Below, in pieces: positions 36,684 through 46,607 of a stretch of DNA of 64,000 nucleotides (position 1 is its first letter; each line of letters opens with the position of its first letter). Source of the DNA: Escherichia phage AV123; sequence record OR352953.1, one strand, 5' to 3'. The position numbers were made by a program, and so were the translations under genes. The notes beneath the pieces were generated by a model, which was not told where the DNA came from, did no database searches, and worked only from the letters and a program-made list of their open reading frames with translations.

Positions 36684-37768
36684 TAAAAGTCTAACTCCTC
36701 GTCATCACTTACATCTTTATTTGCTGAATTCAGTTTGTAAGCTGTAATTTGGATCTCCTGTGCTGCTGCTTGAATTTGATCTGGGTTTAACCAAACATCC
36801 ATCCAAGGCAGTGGACTTTTCTTCGGTGCACGGAATTTGTGTTTCATTTTCAGTCTGCGATAGATAGGTGCAGCATTGAAGTAAACCCAAAGTTTGAACA
36901 ACTCTGCGTTACCACCAACGATAACCCTTCCTTCACTAAACAGATAGTCACACCAATCTTCCTCTTGTCCAACTACCGTGTCAAGAATTTCTGTCAGAAC
37001 GTCGATATTATCTTCGTATACTTTTCTCCAAACAGGATCTTTCAGCAGTGCATCAATAATAGCATAATCCATTTTAACGTGCAATAGTTCATCCAACATA
37101 ATTTTTTGAATGAGTTTAGCTGCACCTACAAACAATTGCTGCTCTGCTAAGGCAAATGTTGCAGCAAAAGAGGAGATGAACTGAATACCTTCCAGACCGA
37201 TAAGTGCAATCATTCCTTTCAGGATCAGTAGACGAAGGTTATCATCCTTCTCAATCAGACCTAGAGCATATTTATGTCCTGCCTCTGCCAGATCACTCAT
37301 TATCTCTTCAACTATACCCATCCTCTGGAAGATTCTTTCATTCTCCATGATCTGATCGATAACTTCATTTGGATTAGGGATACACTGACGAATAATTTCA
37401 GAATATGTTAAAGCGTGTAAAACTTCCATTTCTGATTGCTTCATCATCATTGCACATGCTTCGTTGTTGCTTAAAAATGGTGCAAACAAAGTGATGATTG
37501 ATTTAGCAAGTGAATCATTTTCCCATTGGAAAGATAGGTTTTTGATCATAACATCATAGTTGCTTTTAGAACAAGCTACGAAATCTTTTCGTGTCTGATC
37601 TAAGTTTACTTCGTTTTCATCCCAATCTTGCTGTTTTTGTAGTTTGTACAGACGATGCATTTCTGGGTATGTTACGTTAATAGAATCAAAAATACCTAAC
37701 TGTTCGCCCAAAAATACAGGGTAGAAACCTTCTTTGTAAGTGTCGTTGTATAAATTAATTGCTGCCAT
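36683..37768 (-). CDS. nrdB: ribonucleotide reductase class Ia beta subunit
   Basis: 361-aa ORF immediately downstream of nrdA in the same orientation; call rests on size and gene order, no motif checked by eye; no intron interruption. Confidence 0.8.
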   Translation of the reverse strand: MAAINLYNDTYKEGFYPVFLGEQLGIFDSINVTYPEMHRLYKLQKQQDWDENEVNLDQTRKDFVACSKSNYDVMIKNLSFQWENDSLAKSIITLFAPFLSNNEACAMMMKQSEMEVLHALTYSEIIRQCIPNPNEVIDQIMENERIFQRMGIVEEIMSDLAEAGHKYALGLIEKDDNLRLLILKGMIALIGLEGIQFISSFAATFALAEQQLFVGAAKLIQKIMLDELLHVKMDYAIIDALLKDPVWRKVYEDNIDVLTEILDTVVGQEEDWCDYLFSEGRVIVGGNAELFKLWVYFNAAPIYRRLKMKHKFRAPKKSPLPWMDVWLNPDQIQAAAQEIQITAYKLNSANKDVSDDEELDF

Positions 37769-38090
37769 TTAAATCCTCCACAATATCACACATTGCTTTT
37801 ATTGTATCAATGTGTTCTCTCTCCATACCATTCTCTATGTAAGCCTTCTCTAATGCGTTCCATACACTCTTTGTGAGTAGTACAGTAACCTCTCCCTCAT
37901 ATCTTGCCCTGGTTAAAGCATACCAGGTAGCTTCGGGATCATTGGAAGCCCATATTTCAACACTGGAAAATTGAAAACCTGCAATATGATGACAACACCA
38001 ATCGAATGTAAAATCTTTACTATCTACCAGTGTATAATTGCCCCAACGCCTTTGTGGTGTTGCCCCAGGTAATACAACTAATGTAGGCAT
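37755..38090 (-). CDS. hypothetical protein between nrdA and nrdB (111 aa)
   Basis: internal ATG of track ORF with AAGGAGG RBS. Confidence 0.5.
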   Translation of the reverse strand: MPTLVVLPGATPQRRWGNYTLVDSKDFTFDWCCHHIAGFQFSSVEIWASNDPEATWYALTRARYEGEVTVLLTKSVWNALEKAYIENGMEREHIDTIKAMCDIVEDLNGSN

Positions 38091-38131
38091 ATTCCTCCTT
38101 AAGAAATGGGGGACAAAGCCCCCTAGCTTCA

Positions 38132-40393
38132 TTACATCTTACAAGCCTCACAACCGGATTCTTCATCCTCTTGAGCGAGTGAGGTTGCTGATTTTGTTCG
38201 ACTATTTAGATAGTACAAAGATTTACCACCAAGTTTTGCAAACTGAAGGATATATTGCATTTCTGATTTAATGGATAAACGACCACCTTCCATCTTAGAA
38301 TAGTCAATCCACTTGTCACATGATGCACCTTGATCTAAGAATTTAGTCAACAGTCCATATGCTTCAGCCATATCTTTATCTGGCGTATCCCAAGCCGATT
38401 GGTAAATATCTTTTAGTTTATCGTAATCTGGCACAATAAACAAGACATTACCTTTTTGGCTTTGTTTATAAACTATAGTATCACGTACAGGATACACAGA
38501 GTTAGTCGTATTACTTACAAGACTACTGGACTCATTCGGAGCAATAGCTGCTAATACACTATTTCGGATACCACCTTGTGCAATTATATCTTGTCGTAAA
38601 CCTTCCCAATCCATTTTAAGTTTAAAATTGCCAATATCGTCTACAGCTTTAGCGTAGGTATCAATAGGCAACCATCCTTCAGGCCATTTGGTTTTATGCA
38701 TCCATTCTGCATTACCTTTCTCTTTTGCCAAACGAAGAGAAGCTCTTGCTAACCAGTAATAATGTCTTTCTGCTAATTCGTGAATTAGTTTTTTGCCGTA
38801 AGGATCTGAATAAGTAACAAAATTACTTGCCAGATAATGTGCCAGGTTTGTAATACCTACACCGATAGACCTACGTGCTTTAGCAGTGATTTCGTTATGT
38901 TTAAACGGATACTGCATTGTTTCAATAACATTATCAATAGTTAGAACGGTATAATATGCAACATCTTCATATTCTTCTGGTGTAACACGACCAGCTACAA
39001 TAGAAGACAGGAAACATAATGCCAATTCTTGATCTTCTGTATTCTCACCTGTGAAAAGATCAGTCATACTGTGAAATGCTTTCGTAGGCAAGAAAATTTC
39101 TTGGCACAAGTTTGACTGATAAATAACATCCTTAAACGGAGTATGCTTATTAGCATTATCCGCAAAGAACATATAAATACGTCCTGTCTCTGCTCTTTGT
39201 GTAATAATTTCTGCCAGAAGATCTCGTGCTTTTACAAACTTCTTCTTAATTCGTTTGCGACTAACTTTTTCATATACTTCTTCAAACTCTTCCTCGCTTT
39301 TATAAAGCGCCTCATAGAGTTCTGGTGCTTCGTCATAACTAACTAGCATCCAATCTTTACCTTTTGCTGCACGGCGCAGGAAAGCATTGTTTACTACGAT
39401 AGAGTAATCAAGTTTATCTACTCGTTTTTCACTAACAGTAGTTGGGTTTTTCAAACGTACCAGATCTTCAAAATCAGGTTCTAATATTGTAAACGTTACT
39501 GTTGCACTTCCACCACGACTTGCTTGTTTTGATGCTCCAACACTTGTCTCCATCCATTTCAGATATGGTAAAAGACCACCGTGAACAATACGGTTGTTCT
39601 TAACACCTTGTCCTGTAGCACGGGTTTGGAGGTTAACACCAATACCTGCATTATTCAATGTATATTCATGAGCAAGATAGTTAGCAATTGCTAAAGATTC
39701 TGCTGTATCATCTGCTCTAAACAGACAACAAGAAGCACTACCTTTAATCTTAGTACGCAACGTTGTTAAATAAGGTGATGGTAAATTAATCTTAAGATCA
39801 CTTACGTAGGTATATAGACGTTTAATGTCTTCTACTCTGCGATCTTTTGGTTGGATTTCCATTACCTTCATTGCTACACCAATGAATAAAAATTGTGGTG
39901 ATTCAAAAACCACATCATTGATCGCATCTTTCACAAGATACTTATCAACCATCTGGCGCAGTACGGAATAACCATAAGTTAGGTTTTTATCATGATTGAT
40001 AATTTTACCAATCTCAATAATTTCTTCTTCTGTATAATTCATTTTCCCCCAATAGCCTTTACTTACAGACATATTGTAGAAATCCAGGAGGGAGGGGATA
40101 TTGTGATATCCCCCATGAGCCTGTTTATAGATCATACCAAGAAGTAACCGACCTGCCATATCACTATATGCCTGATCTTTCTTATCAATACATGCTGCTA
40201 TCATAGCTTTATGTAAATCACGAGTAGGCACACCGTCGTAACAACGTTTAACAGCTTCGAGTTCGATTTCAGACCAATTTAATTTACCAGCAGCAAACTC
40301 TGACCATTTACGAAGTTTTTCTGGATTAAATTCTTCTTTCTTGCCGTTTGTTTTTGTTACATAACGGATAGATTTGCTTAGATACTGAGTCAC
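38132..40393 (-). CDS. nrdA: ribonucleotide reductase class Ia alpha subunit (GTG start)
   Basis: 753-aa ORF upstream of nrdB, size typical of class Ia alpha subunit; call rests on size and gene order, no motif checked by eye. Confidence 0.85.
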   Translation of the reverse strand: MTQYLSKSIRYVTKTNGKKEEFNPEKLRKWSEFAAGKLNWSEIELEAVKRCYDGVPTRDLHKAMIAACIDKKDQAYSDMAGRLLLGMIYKQAHGGYHNIPSLLDFYNMSVSKGYWGKMNYTEEEIIEIGKIINHDKNLTYGYSVLRQMVDKYLVKDAINDVVFESPQFLFIGVAMKVMEIQPKDRRVEDIKRLYTYVSDLKINLPSPYLTTLRTKIKGSASCCLFRADDTAESLAIANYLAHEYTLNNAGIGVNLQTRATGQGVKNNRIVHGGLLPYLKWMETSVGASKQASRGGSATVTFTILEPDFEDLVRLKNPTTVSEKRVDKLDYSIVVNNAFLRRAAKGKDWMLVSYDEAPELYEALYKSEEEFEEVYEKVSRKRIKKKFVKARDLLAEIITQRAETGRIYMFFADNANKHTPFKDVIYQSNLCQEIFLPTKAFHSMTDLFTGENTEDQELALCFLSSIVAGRVTPEEYEDVAYYTVLTIDNVIETMQYPFKHNEITAKARRSIGVGITNLAHYLASNFVTYSDPYGKKLIHELAERHYYWLARASLRLAKEKGNAEWMHKTKWPEGWLPIDTYAKAVDDIGNFKLKMDWEGLRQDIIAQGGIRNSVLAAIAPNESSSLVSNTTNSVYPVRDTIVYKQSQKGNVLFIVPDYDKLKDIYQSAWDTPDKDMAEAYGLLTKFLDQGASCDKWIDYSKMEGGRLSIKSEMQYILQFAKLGGKSLYYLNSRTKSATSLAQEDEESGCEACKM

Positions 40394-40404
40394 TTCCTCT
40401 CCTA

Positions 40405-40653
40405 TTAATTGTGCATGTTTAGAACATCTACATCATAACCGCCACGCATCTCATTATATAAGCCATTTGCGTATAGAAAACCTTCAAAATGATCTATACC
40501 TTCAAAACCTTTTGCCTTTGCTTTGCGGTCTGCTTCTTGTCTTTTTGGGGATAATCTTTTAGATGTATCAAGGATAACTGTTACATTGCAACCTAATGTT
40601 TCATCAAAATAGACTTCAATTTCACAGCCTTCATATTTATTACTTTCTGTCAT
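40405..40653 (-). CDS. hypothetical protein (82 aa)
   Basis: ATG (MTESNKYEG) with GAGAGG RBS; track ORF begins at upstream TTG. Confidence 0.45.
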   Translation of the reverse strand: MTESNKYEGCEIEVYFDETLGCNVTVILDTSKRLSPKRQEADRKAKAKGFEGIDHFEGFLYANGLYNEMRGGYDVDVLNMHN

Positions 40654-40665
40654 TTGGCCTCTCAA

Positions 40666-41076
40666 TTAGAATTCAGAATCATCATCTCGTGATGGATCAT
40701 GTTCATTTCCGAAGTCTTCCATTTTGATATGAGAGCTACCCCAACCTGTAAAATCTTCTTCTCCAAAGTGCAAAATATCTACACCTTGATAGATTCGCTT
40801 ATATTTATAGTCTTGTCGAACTGGGAAAGTATACAATGTAGTATTTGCAAACACCACACGTCGATTGTTGTTACTACGAATATTAACACCACGTTCTACT
40901 GTATAATGTCCATCGGTAGACATACCAAGCATTACTAATGCTGCTCTCAATGTAGTGTTATGATACTCGTGAGGAATTTTTCCTCCGTGCTTTTTAGCCA
41001 TTTCTTTCCAGATCGGTGTAGCCTTAATGGTAGACATACTTACGGTCGCCCAAATGGTTGTATTAATTAGTGACAT
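40666..41076 (-). CDS. hypothetical protein (136 aa)
   Basis: track ORF. Confidence 0.5.
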   Translation of the reverse strand: MSLINTTIWATVSMSTIKATPIWKEMAKKHGGKIPHEYHNTTLRAALVMLGMSTDGHYTVERGVNIRSNNNRRVVFANTTLYTFPVRQDYKYKRIYQGVDILHFGEEDFTGWGSSHIKMEDFGNEHDPSRDDDSEF

Positions 41077-41173
41077 AAATTCTCCTTCTCTCTTTTAAGG
41101 AGAGCATAGCTCTCCTAACGTTAGCCTATACTACACGAATCTCAATTAAAAGTCAACTATAATTTTAAGTTGA

Positions 41174-42145
41174 TCACCATTTTGTATGGTTAGTCAAAAG
41201 TTGACGATGTTGAATCCAACCACAGAAGTTTCCACTCCACAAACGATGTTTACGATCCATATGTGTAATACCTTCTTCCCAAGAAGTAGGGAACGGAGGA
41301 ATATTAATACCACCTTTCTGTTGTTTTAATCCTGACAAATCCATTTCTTTCATTGGTGTTGCCTGGTGTTCAAACGGAGATGCATGTACCTTCTGTCCAG
41401 ACAGCAAACGAGAATAGATATCCAATGCTTTATCTTTAGTATCATTCAATTTACGATAACTTACCTGAGCGCAACAAGAAGCTGAGATAGCTTTTGCTTC
41501 ATCTTCTGTCAACATTTTCTCGTTGGAGAAGGTTTCACCCAAGAAATAACGGATCATACCAGTTTCTGGATCTCGATCACGATTAACGTAAGGTGTATGC
41601 CATTCCCCTGGGAAAAGAAGATATGGTTCAGAAGATTCATACAATTTTTTAATTTCTTTAGCAAGAGCCTCAATAGTAGGATCTGCATCAGCATCTACGC
41701 GCAACCACAAGAAGTTTTCTAGCTCTGTAGTGGTTACTACAGTCTTCATACGCTGGAATGGTTCTAGTAGGCGGTTTGCAACCTGTTTATGATAACCAGC
41801 AAGGGCAAACTCTTCTGCAAAACGTGCAGCACTTAGCGCAGCCAAGTCCCACCATTCTTTTGCAGTGTAACCTGCATCAATCAGGGCATCGTGATCTGTG
41901 CCTTTATCTTGCATACCTGGTTGGTTAGCACCAAAACGATAAGGACGTGCTGGAGATTGCCGTACCATTTCAATTAGAGTTTTAACAGGGATAGCTCGAC
42001 TTGATGCGGCATTACGAGAAAACAAACGATGCGTCATCAATTCAGAGTGAATGATTCGAGGATATTCAAGTTCAAAGGTAACAATATCCTTACCTTCAGA
42101 TGTTTGAGAGTGTGCAATAATTTTTGCTGAAATAGAATTTGTCAT
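41174..42145 (-). CDS. thyX: flavin-dependent thymidylate synthase
   Basis: THRLFSRNAASSRA matches ThyX RHRxxxxxxxS signature region. Confidence 0.65.
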   Translation of the reverse strand: MTNSISAKIIAHSQTSEGKDIVTFELEYPRIIHSELMTHRLFSRNAASSRAIPVKTLIEMVRQSPARPYRFGANQPGMQDKGTDHDALIDAGYTAKEWWDLAALSAARFAEEFALAGYHKQVANRLLEPFQRMKTVVTTTELENFLWLRVDADADPTIEALAKEIKKLYESSEPYLLFPGEWHTPYVNRDRDPETGMIRYFLGETFSNEKMLTEDEAKAISASCCAQVSYRKLNDTKDKALDIYSRLLSGQKVHASPFEHQATPMKEMDLSGLKQQKGGINIPPFPTSWEEGITHMDRKHRLWSGNFCGWIQHRQLLTNHTKW

Positions 42146-42154
42146 TATTTCTCC

Positions 42155-42745
42155 TTAAGGTAGTAAAATACTTTCAATTTCTTCCCACTGATTATCTAAA
42201 CCAGTGATAATTACATTAGGAAGTTTCTTTAACTCTTCCAAGTATGGATCTTCGTAAATAGTGTTGAAATATATTTTCAACGTTTCATCTGGAAATAGGA
42301 CAAGATTTTCAGCCCTATCGTCAATAGTTACGTCGCAAGGTAATAAGTATTTTTCTTTTGTTGCGAAAAAGCCATTACCAGATGTTCTACTAAAGTCCAC
42401 TTTATCTAAAGATCGTGTTACGTGTCTATATTTAGAACTAAGGTGTCCACCCTTAGTGTGGCTTGCTATAGATATATTAGCTCCATTTGCAATTATACGA
42501 TGAACAACATCTGTACTATTAGGTACTACTCCCATAGTATCATATAGATGTTGGTTATCCCAAAAAGAGTAAGGATCTACACCAAATTGCTTTTTAAAAT
42601 CAGGAAAATATTTCGTAATATCATAATGCACAGTCTTTTGTGTCTTATCAAACTTGATATTAGATCTACTTACCGCATTTAACCAACTCAACCATTCTAC
42701 ATCGGCAGGGGCTATTACTAAATCCCAATCACATACTAGACGCAT
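42155..42745 (-). CDS. HAD-superfamily 5'(3')-deoxyribonucleotidase-like protein, tentative
   Basis: internal ATG with CAGGAG RBS; N-terminal DxD (CDWDLV) and C-terminal TIDDR motifs. Confidence 0.35.
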   Translation of the reverse strand: MRLVCDWDLVIAPADVEWLSWLNAVSRSNIKFDKTQKTVHYDITKYFPDFKKQFGVDPYSFWDNQHLYDTMGVVPNSTDVVHRIIANGANISIASHTKGGHLSSKYRHVTRSLDKVDFSRTSGNGFFATKEKYLLPCDVTIDDRAENLVLFPDETLKIYFNTIYEDPYLEELKKLPNVIITGLDNQWEEIESILLP

Positions 42746-43292
42746 TATTTCTCCTGTTATAACATTTTCTACACATTGTTTCGTAAATGTCTTCTCCTCC
42801 AATAACAATCTGTTCTTTAGAGTCGATAAGTCTAGCATTGAAAATAGCTTTTCTTCCACATTTACAAATGCTTTTCAATTCTGTAATTGAATCTGCTATG
42901 GCTAATAACCGTTCAGAACCTTCAAACAATTCTGTAGCAAAATCTGTTTTAAGCCCATAACAGAATACAGGAATATCGTAATTATCTACCACATCTCCAA
43001 GAATGTCAACCATATCTTTAGTTAGGAATTGTGATTCGTCCACAAATACTGCATCTACTGGATTTTCTTTAAGTTGTGTATAAATTTCCAGCATATCTTC
43101 TTTTGTTTTAACTGGTTTTGCTTCCTCTTTAATACCTATCCTAGAAGCAATAGCACAACCAGATCTGGTATCTAAAGCTGAAGTTAAAAGAAGAACTTTC
43201 ATATTTCTTTCTTTATAGTTCCAAGCTGTTTGTAGCAGATGTGTGCTTTTACCACTGTTCATCGGACTATATCGGAAATAAAGTTTAGCCAT
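42729..43292 (-). CDS. tdk: thymidine kinase
   Basis: SPMNSGKST P-loop and C-terminal CxxC zinc motif. Confidence 0.85.
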   Translation of the reverse strand: MAKLYFRYSPMNSGKSTHLLQTAWNYKERNMKVLLLTSALDTRSGCAIASRIGIKEEAKPVKTKEDMLEIYTQLKENPVDAVFVDESQFLTKDMVDILGDVVDNYDIPVFCYGLKTDFATELFEGSERLLAIADSITELKSICKCGRKAIFNARLIDSKEQIVIGGEDIYETMCRKCYNRRNNASSM

Positions 43293-43337
43293 ATTTTCTC
43301 CTCTAACGCTCCCATTTGTGGGAGCGATAATACTTTA

Positions 43338-43913
43338 TTATTTCTCTTCGTCAAGAAGAATTTTTACTATTTGTTTTCTTCGCTTACTTACTGTACTTTC
43401 TGGTGAAATTCCGCGCTTCGTTAGCCAATTTTTATCCTTTTTAGACTGGCATAAAGCTATCGCTTCCTTCTCCGCTTTTGCTTCCCTGAATGTCATATCG
43501 TGCTTGTCAGCATAAGCCAGGATAGCGTTACACTGCTTACAAACTACACGCAGGTCGTCTTCTGTTACGTACAATAAGCGTAAAACAAAACTTGGAATAT
43601 CTTCATAACAGGTTAATGTACCTGCTGCATTAATATGGTCTACTTGAAAGTCTTTCATACCTCCTGTATGTCCACACAATTCACATTTACAATTCCAAAC
43701 CTGTTTCGGTTTGCCTGTTTTCTTATCTAAGACTATATTTCCATCTTTATCCAACCTATCCGCTTTAAATCGTACAGATTGGATCTTTTTTATCTTATTC
43801 GGGTGTCTCACCCATGCTTTCCTTAAGCAACCCCTTAAATATGTATAAAAGGCTGCTTGAGTTTTCCAAGGTGTTCCATCTCCCCAAATAACTTTAGGTT
43901 CTTTATTTTCCAA
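43338..43913 (-). CDS. HNH-family endonuclease (possible free-standing homing endonuclease)
   Basis: CELCGH ... DHI ... CKQCN spacing typical of HNH nuclease. Confidence 0.5.
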   Translation of the reverse strand: MENKEPKVIWGDGTPWKTQAAFYTYLRGCLRKAWVRHPNKIKKIQSVRFKADRLDKDGNIVLDKKTGKPKQVWNCKCELCGHTGGMKDFQVDHINAAGTLTCYEDIPSFVLRLLYVTEDDLRVVCKQCNAILAYADKHDMTFREAKAEKEAIALCQSKKDKNWLTKRGISPESTVSKRRKQIVKILLDEEK

Positions 43914-44097
43914 TAGTGCTCACCTTTTTAGCTACATAATCTCCTGGTGGAATGTTATATTTAAAGAAAAGCATACGGTCTAAACCAGCCTTACACATGT
44001 TTTCTGGGATTGTGATTGTATATAAGAGTTTATCTCCACGTTTATTGTATATTTTATATACTTCACCCTCTCCGTATTGTTTACCGTGAGAAGCCAT
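43903..44097 (-). CDS. hypothetical protein (64 aa)
   Basis: track ORF. Confidence 0.4.
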   Translation of the reverse strand: MASHGKQYGEGEVYKIYNKRGDKLLYTITIPENMCKAGLDRMLFFKYNIPPGDYVAKKVSTIGK

Positions 44098-44482
44098 CTA
44101 CGCTCTCCTTCAATGTTTCAATAGCATCTGCTGCTTCAATATACTTACCTTTGTACATTGCTTTTAAAGCCTTACGAACAAGATCATCGTCTGTGTATAA
44201 ATCAATTAGCTGATTAGCTAACTCAATTTTTACAGGATTTTTTAAGTTAGGGTAGGCTTCATACAACATATTGTAATACTTATCACTTAATTCTTTTTCA
44301 ATATGAATAACGTGAATCGCTTTGTTTAGGTTGATCACACGATCACCTTTGTTTCGACAAGCATACTTAGCTAACTTAGTGAAACAAGGAGTTGCACCAA
44401 TTAGATATGCAAGTTCCAAAGGTTGCATACGCATACGTTTGTAGTGATCACCATCAATTTGAATATCCAGTGCTGTAGTCAT
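44081..44482 (-). CDS. hypothetical protein (133 aa)
   Basis: track ORF; GGAGG RBS. Confidence 0.55.
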   Translation of the reverse strand: MTTALDIQIDGDHYKRMRMQPLELAYLIGATPCFTKLAKYACRNKGDRVINLNKAIHVIHIEKELSDKYYNMLYEAYPNLKNPVKIELANQLIDLYTDDDLVRKALKAMYKGKYIEAADAIETLKESVDGFSR

Positions 44483-44497
44483 AAATCCTCCAAAAAT

Positions 44498-44520
44498 AAA
44501 GGGGCTTTCGCCCCTTTTTT
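44498..44520 (-). terminator. intergenic GC hairpin AAAGGGGCTTTCGCCCCTTTTTT (terminator-like)
   Basis: third copy of the same hairpin; T-runs on both sides. Confidence 0.55.
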
Positions 44521-44521
44521 A

Positions 44522-45484
44522 TTAAATTCCAATAACAGTGTTTACACGCTTCTCTTTGCTACGCAAATTAACACGTCCACGAGACAGGCTATTACATGAT
44601 GTGCATCTTAGCACTTGGAATGTACTAACCGCTGTTGTGTAAACCTTACCAGGAACAACTTCAAGGTGCTCTTTACCGCAACGAGGACAACGAAGTTTTT
44701 CATCGTCATAGAATGCAGATACGTTAGGATGTTGTGGAATCCATGCACGAAGTTTGATGTAAAGATCTCTAAGAGAAACAACATCACCATCATTGTATGT
44801 TTGCATACGGAAGAAGGCATGTCTATCTCCTTCACAACATGCTTTCCACAAAGGAAAACCTTCATTGTCAAGTTTAAAGTTTTCTGTATCAAAATACAAA
44901 CACATTTCTTTAAGCGCATTAGAAGGTAGTGCAAACTGCTTCTTAGCTGCCTTGAGTGTATCAATTACAACATAATGTGATGGTGGCTCCATACCGTGAA
45001 AAGCAAAACGTTGGTTAATATAAGCCTTATCAAACTTAATACCGTTGTGCGCGATCACAATATCTGCATCGTCAAGCAAGTGCCAGAGATCTTGACATAA
45101 TTCCCAATCATCTGTATGATCTATGTCAAACAAAGGGTAATTGCTAAGGTTCTTACCTTCTACTTCCCCTGTTTCTAAATCAGCAGATGAATAGGAAAGC
45201 AAGTAACCTCGACGAATAACTTGTTCAGGTGCAATAAAGGCTTTGAAACGTGAGAAGCTATACACAATCTCCGGTGCTGTCTCTACGTCAATAATTTTAA
45301 TTACTGGCCCACCTTTATCTTGCGGAGCACCACGATGTGGTGAATTTACACGAGCTAAGTAATCATTTACTGTGCTCTTCTTAGTAGAACTTCCCAACAC
45401 CTCTTGTGCAATCTTACGCGAAGAATAACCTTGTGCTTTCATAGATACAATCAAGGCTTTCTGTTCGTCTGTTAATTTACTCAA
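44522..45484 (-). CDS. DnaQ-like (DEDD) 3'-5' exonuclease with N-terminal HTH and C-terminal zinc ribbon
   Basis: IDVETAPE (Exo I), AHNGIKFD (Exo II), CPRCG/CTSCN. Confidence 0.55.
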   Translation of the reverse strand: MSKLTDEQKALIVSMKAQGYSSRKIAQEVLGSSTKKSTVNDYLARVNSPHRGAPQDKGGPVIKIIDVETAPEIVYSFSRFKAFIAPEQVIRRGYLLSYSSADLETGEVEGKNLSNYPLFDIDHTDDWELCQDLWHLLDDADIVIAHNGIKFDKAYINQRFAFHGMEPPSHYVVIDTLKAAKKQFALPSNALKEMCLYFDTENFKLDNEGFPLWKACCEGDRHAFFRMQTYNDGDVVSLRDLYIKLRAWIPQHPNVSAFYDDEKLRCPRCGKEHLEVVPGKVYTTAVSTFQVLRCTSCNSLSRGRVNLRSKEKRVNTVIGI

Positions 45485-46515
45485 TGTTCCTCCTGCTCTG
45501 AAATATATGCTTGTAGCATACTTTCAAAAGTTGTTTCATCATTCGCCCAACGTTTCATATATACCAACTGAAAAATTGTCTCTATCCATTCATCAGTTGT
45601 CATTTCTACTTCTTCACCATCCCAAGAAGTAAATTTAACGCCATCTGGGAACCATTCATAATACTGATCTTTAACTGTCTGAAAAAGTTCAGCTTGTGTT
45701 TTACATTTGGAAATAAGATTAAAGCAAGTAATATCTCCAAACTTAACATCGAAATCTTGGTAAGGTCGAATACTATCTGTCTTATCACCCATTAGCATTT
45801 GATAAGCTAACCAGTAACTACCCCAACCCTTAACTTCTTTTTTCTTACCTTTTTCTACGATCCAGATATCACCGATAGATTCATCAATCAGAATAACACA
45901 AGGATTTTTATAAACACCATCCTCTTTATAAAAGTTAAAGAGTAAACTTGGTGTATGTAAGCTATCTTTGTCGATAGATGCTACAATATGAGAAAACTTA
46001 CCAGTTTCCTTGTAGGCTTTATACCCTGCATATCCATAGATTTCTAAAGCATCATCTGCCTCAATACCAGTAACAACGTCACCGTTATGTTTTTCAACTA
46101 GATAATCTTTAGTATCTGATAATTGGATTGGTCTTAAATCTGATCGTTCTGATTTATATTCTTTTGGCATTTTGAAAGAATGCCGGAAGGTTTTTCCTAC
46201 CCCGATGACACCGCAATACTTTTGAAGTTTTAGGTGATCCACCATCTGGGTTATTTTTGTCTTTGCAGCTTGAAACGTAAAAGAAATATTCTCTGGGACT
46301 ATTTGAACATCTTTTATTTCAAAATCTTCCTTGGAGAACAACTTCTTACCAGCAGCTTCGCGTTGCGCGTTAAGTGCTCCTAACCATCCTCCAATATTTT
46401 TTGAAGATTTACCCCAAAAATCTGTTCTTGTTTCAAACTCTTTTACATTACCGGAAGCCTTGTGTACAGCGTGGATTTTTCTTTGTTCTAAAGCTGAAGA
46501 CGCTTGGAACGCCAC
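45481..46515 (-). CDS. rnh: RNase H / FEN-family 5'-3' exonuclease
   Basis: GIEADDALE and LMGDKTDSIRP resemble T4 RNase H EADD and GDKKDN motifs. Confidence 0.55.
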   Translation of the reverse strand: MAFQASSALEQRKIHAVHKASGNVKEFETRTDFWGKSSKNIGGWLGALNAQREAAGKKLFSKEDFEIKDVQIVPENISFTFQAAKTKITQMVDHLKLQKYCGVIGVGKTFRHSFKMPKEYKSERSDLRPIQLSDTKDYLVEKHNGDVVTGIEADDALEIYGYAGYKAYKETGKFSHIVASIDKDSLHTPSLLFNFYKEDGVYKNPCVILIDESIGDIWIVEKGKKKEVKGWGSYWLAYQMLMGDKTDSIRPYQDFDVKFGDITCFNLISKCKTQAELFQTVKDQYYEWFPDGVKFTSWDGEEVEMTTDEWIETIFQLVYMKRWANDETTFESMLQAYISEQEEH

Positions 46516-46607
46516 TTGATCGTAGTCTATTGCAAGAATTGTGTTCTCGTCAACATATTTGTGCAGGTCTTCCGGTTGGATTAAAATGTAACCGCTAATA
46601 TTACCTC

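Noticed and set aside
36683-42145. Group I introns in nrdA, nrdB or thyX, as known for T4 td/nrdB/nrdD
   Set aside because: All three reading frames are continuous and of normal length (753, 361 and 323 aa) with no intervening structured insert.
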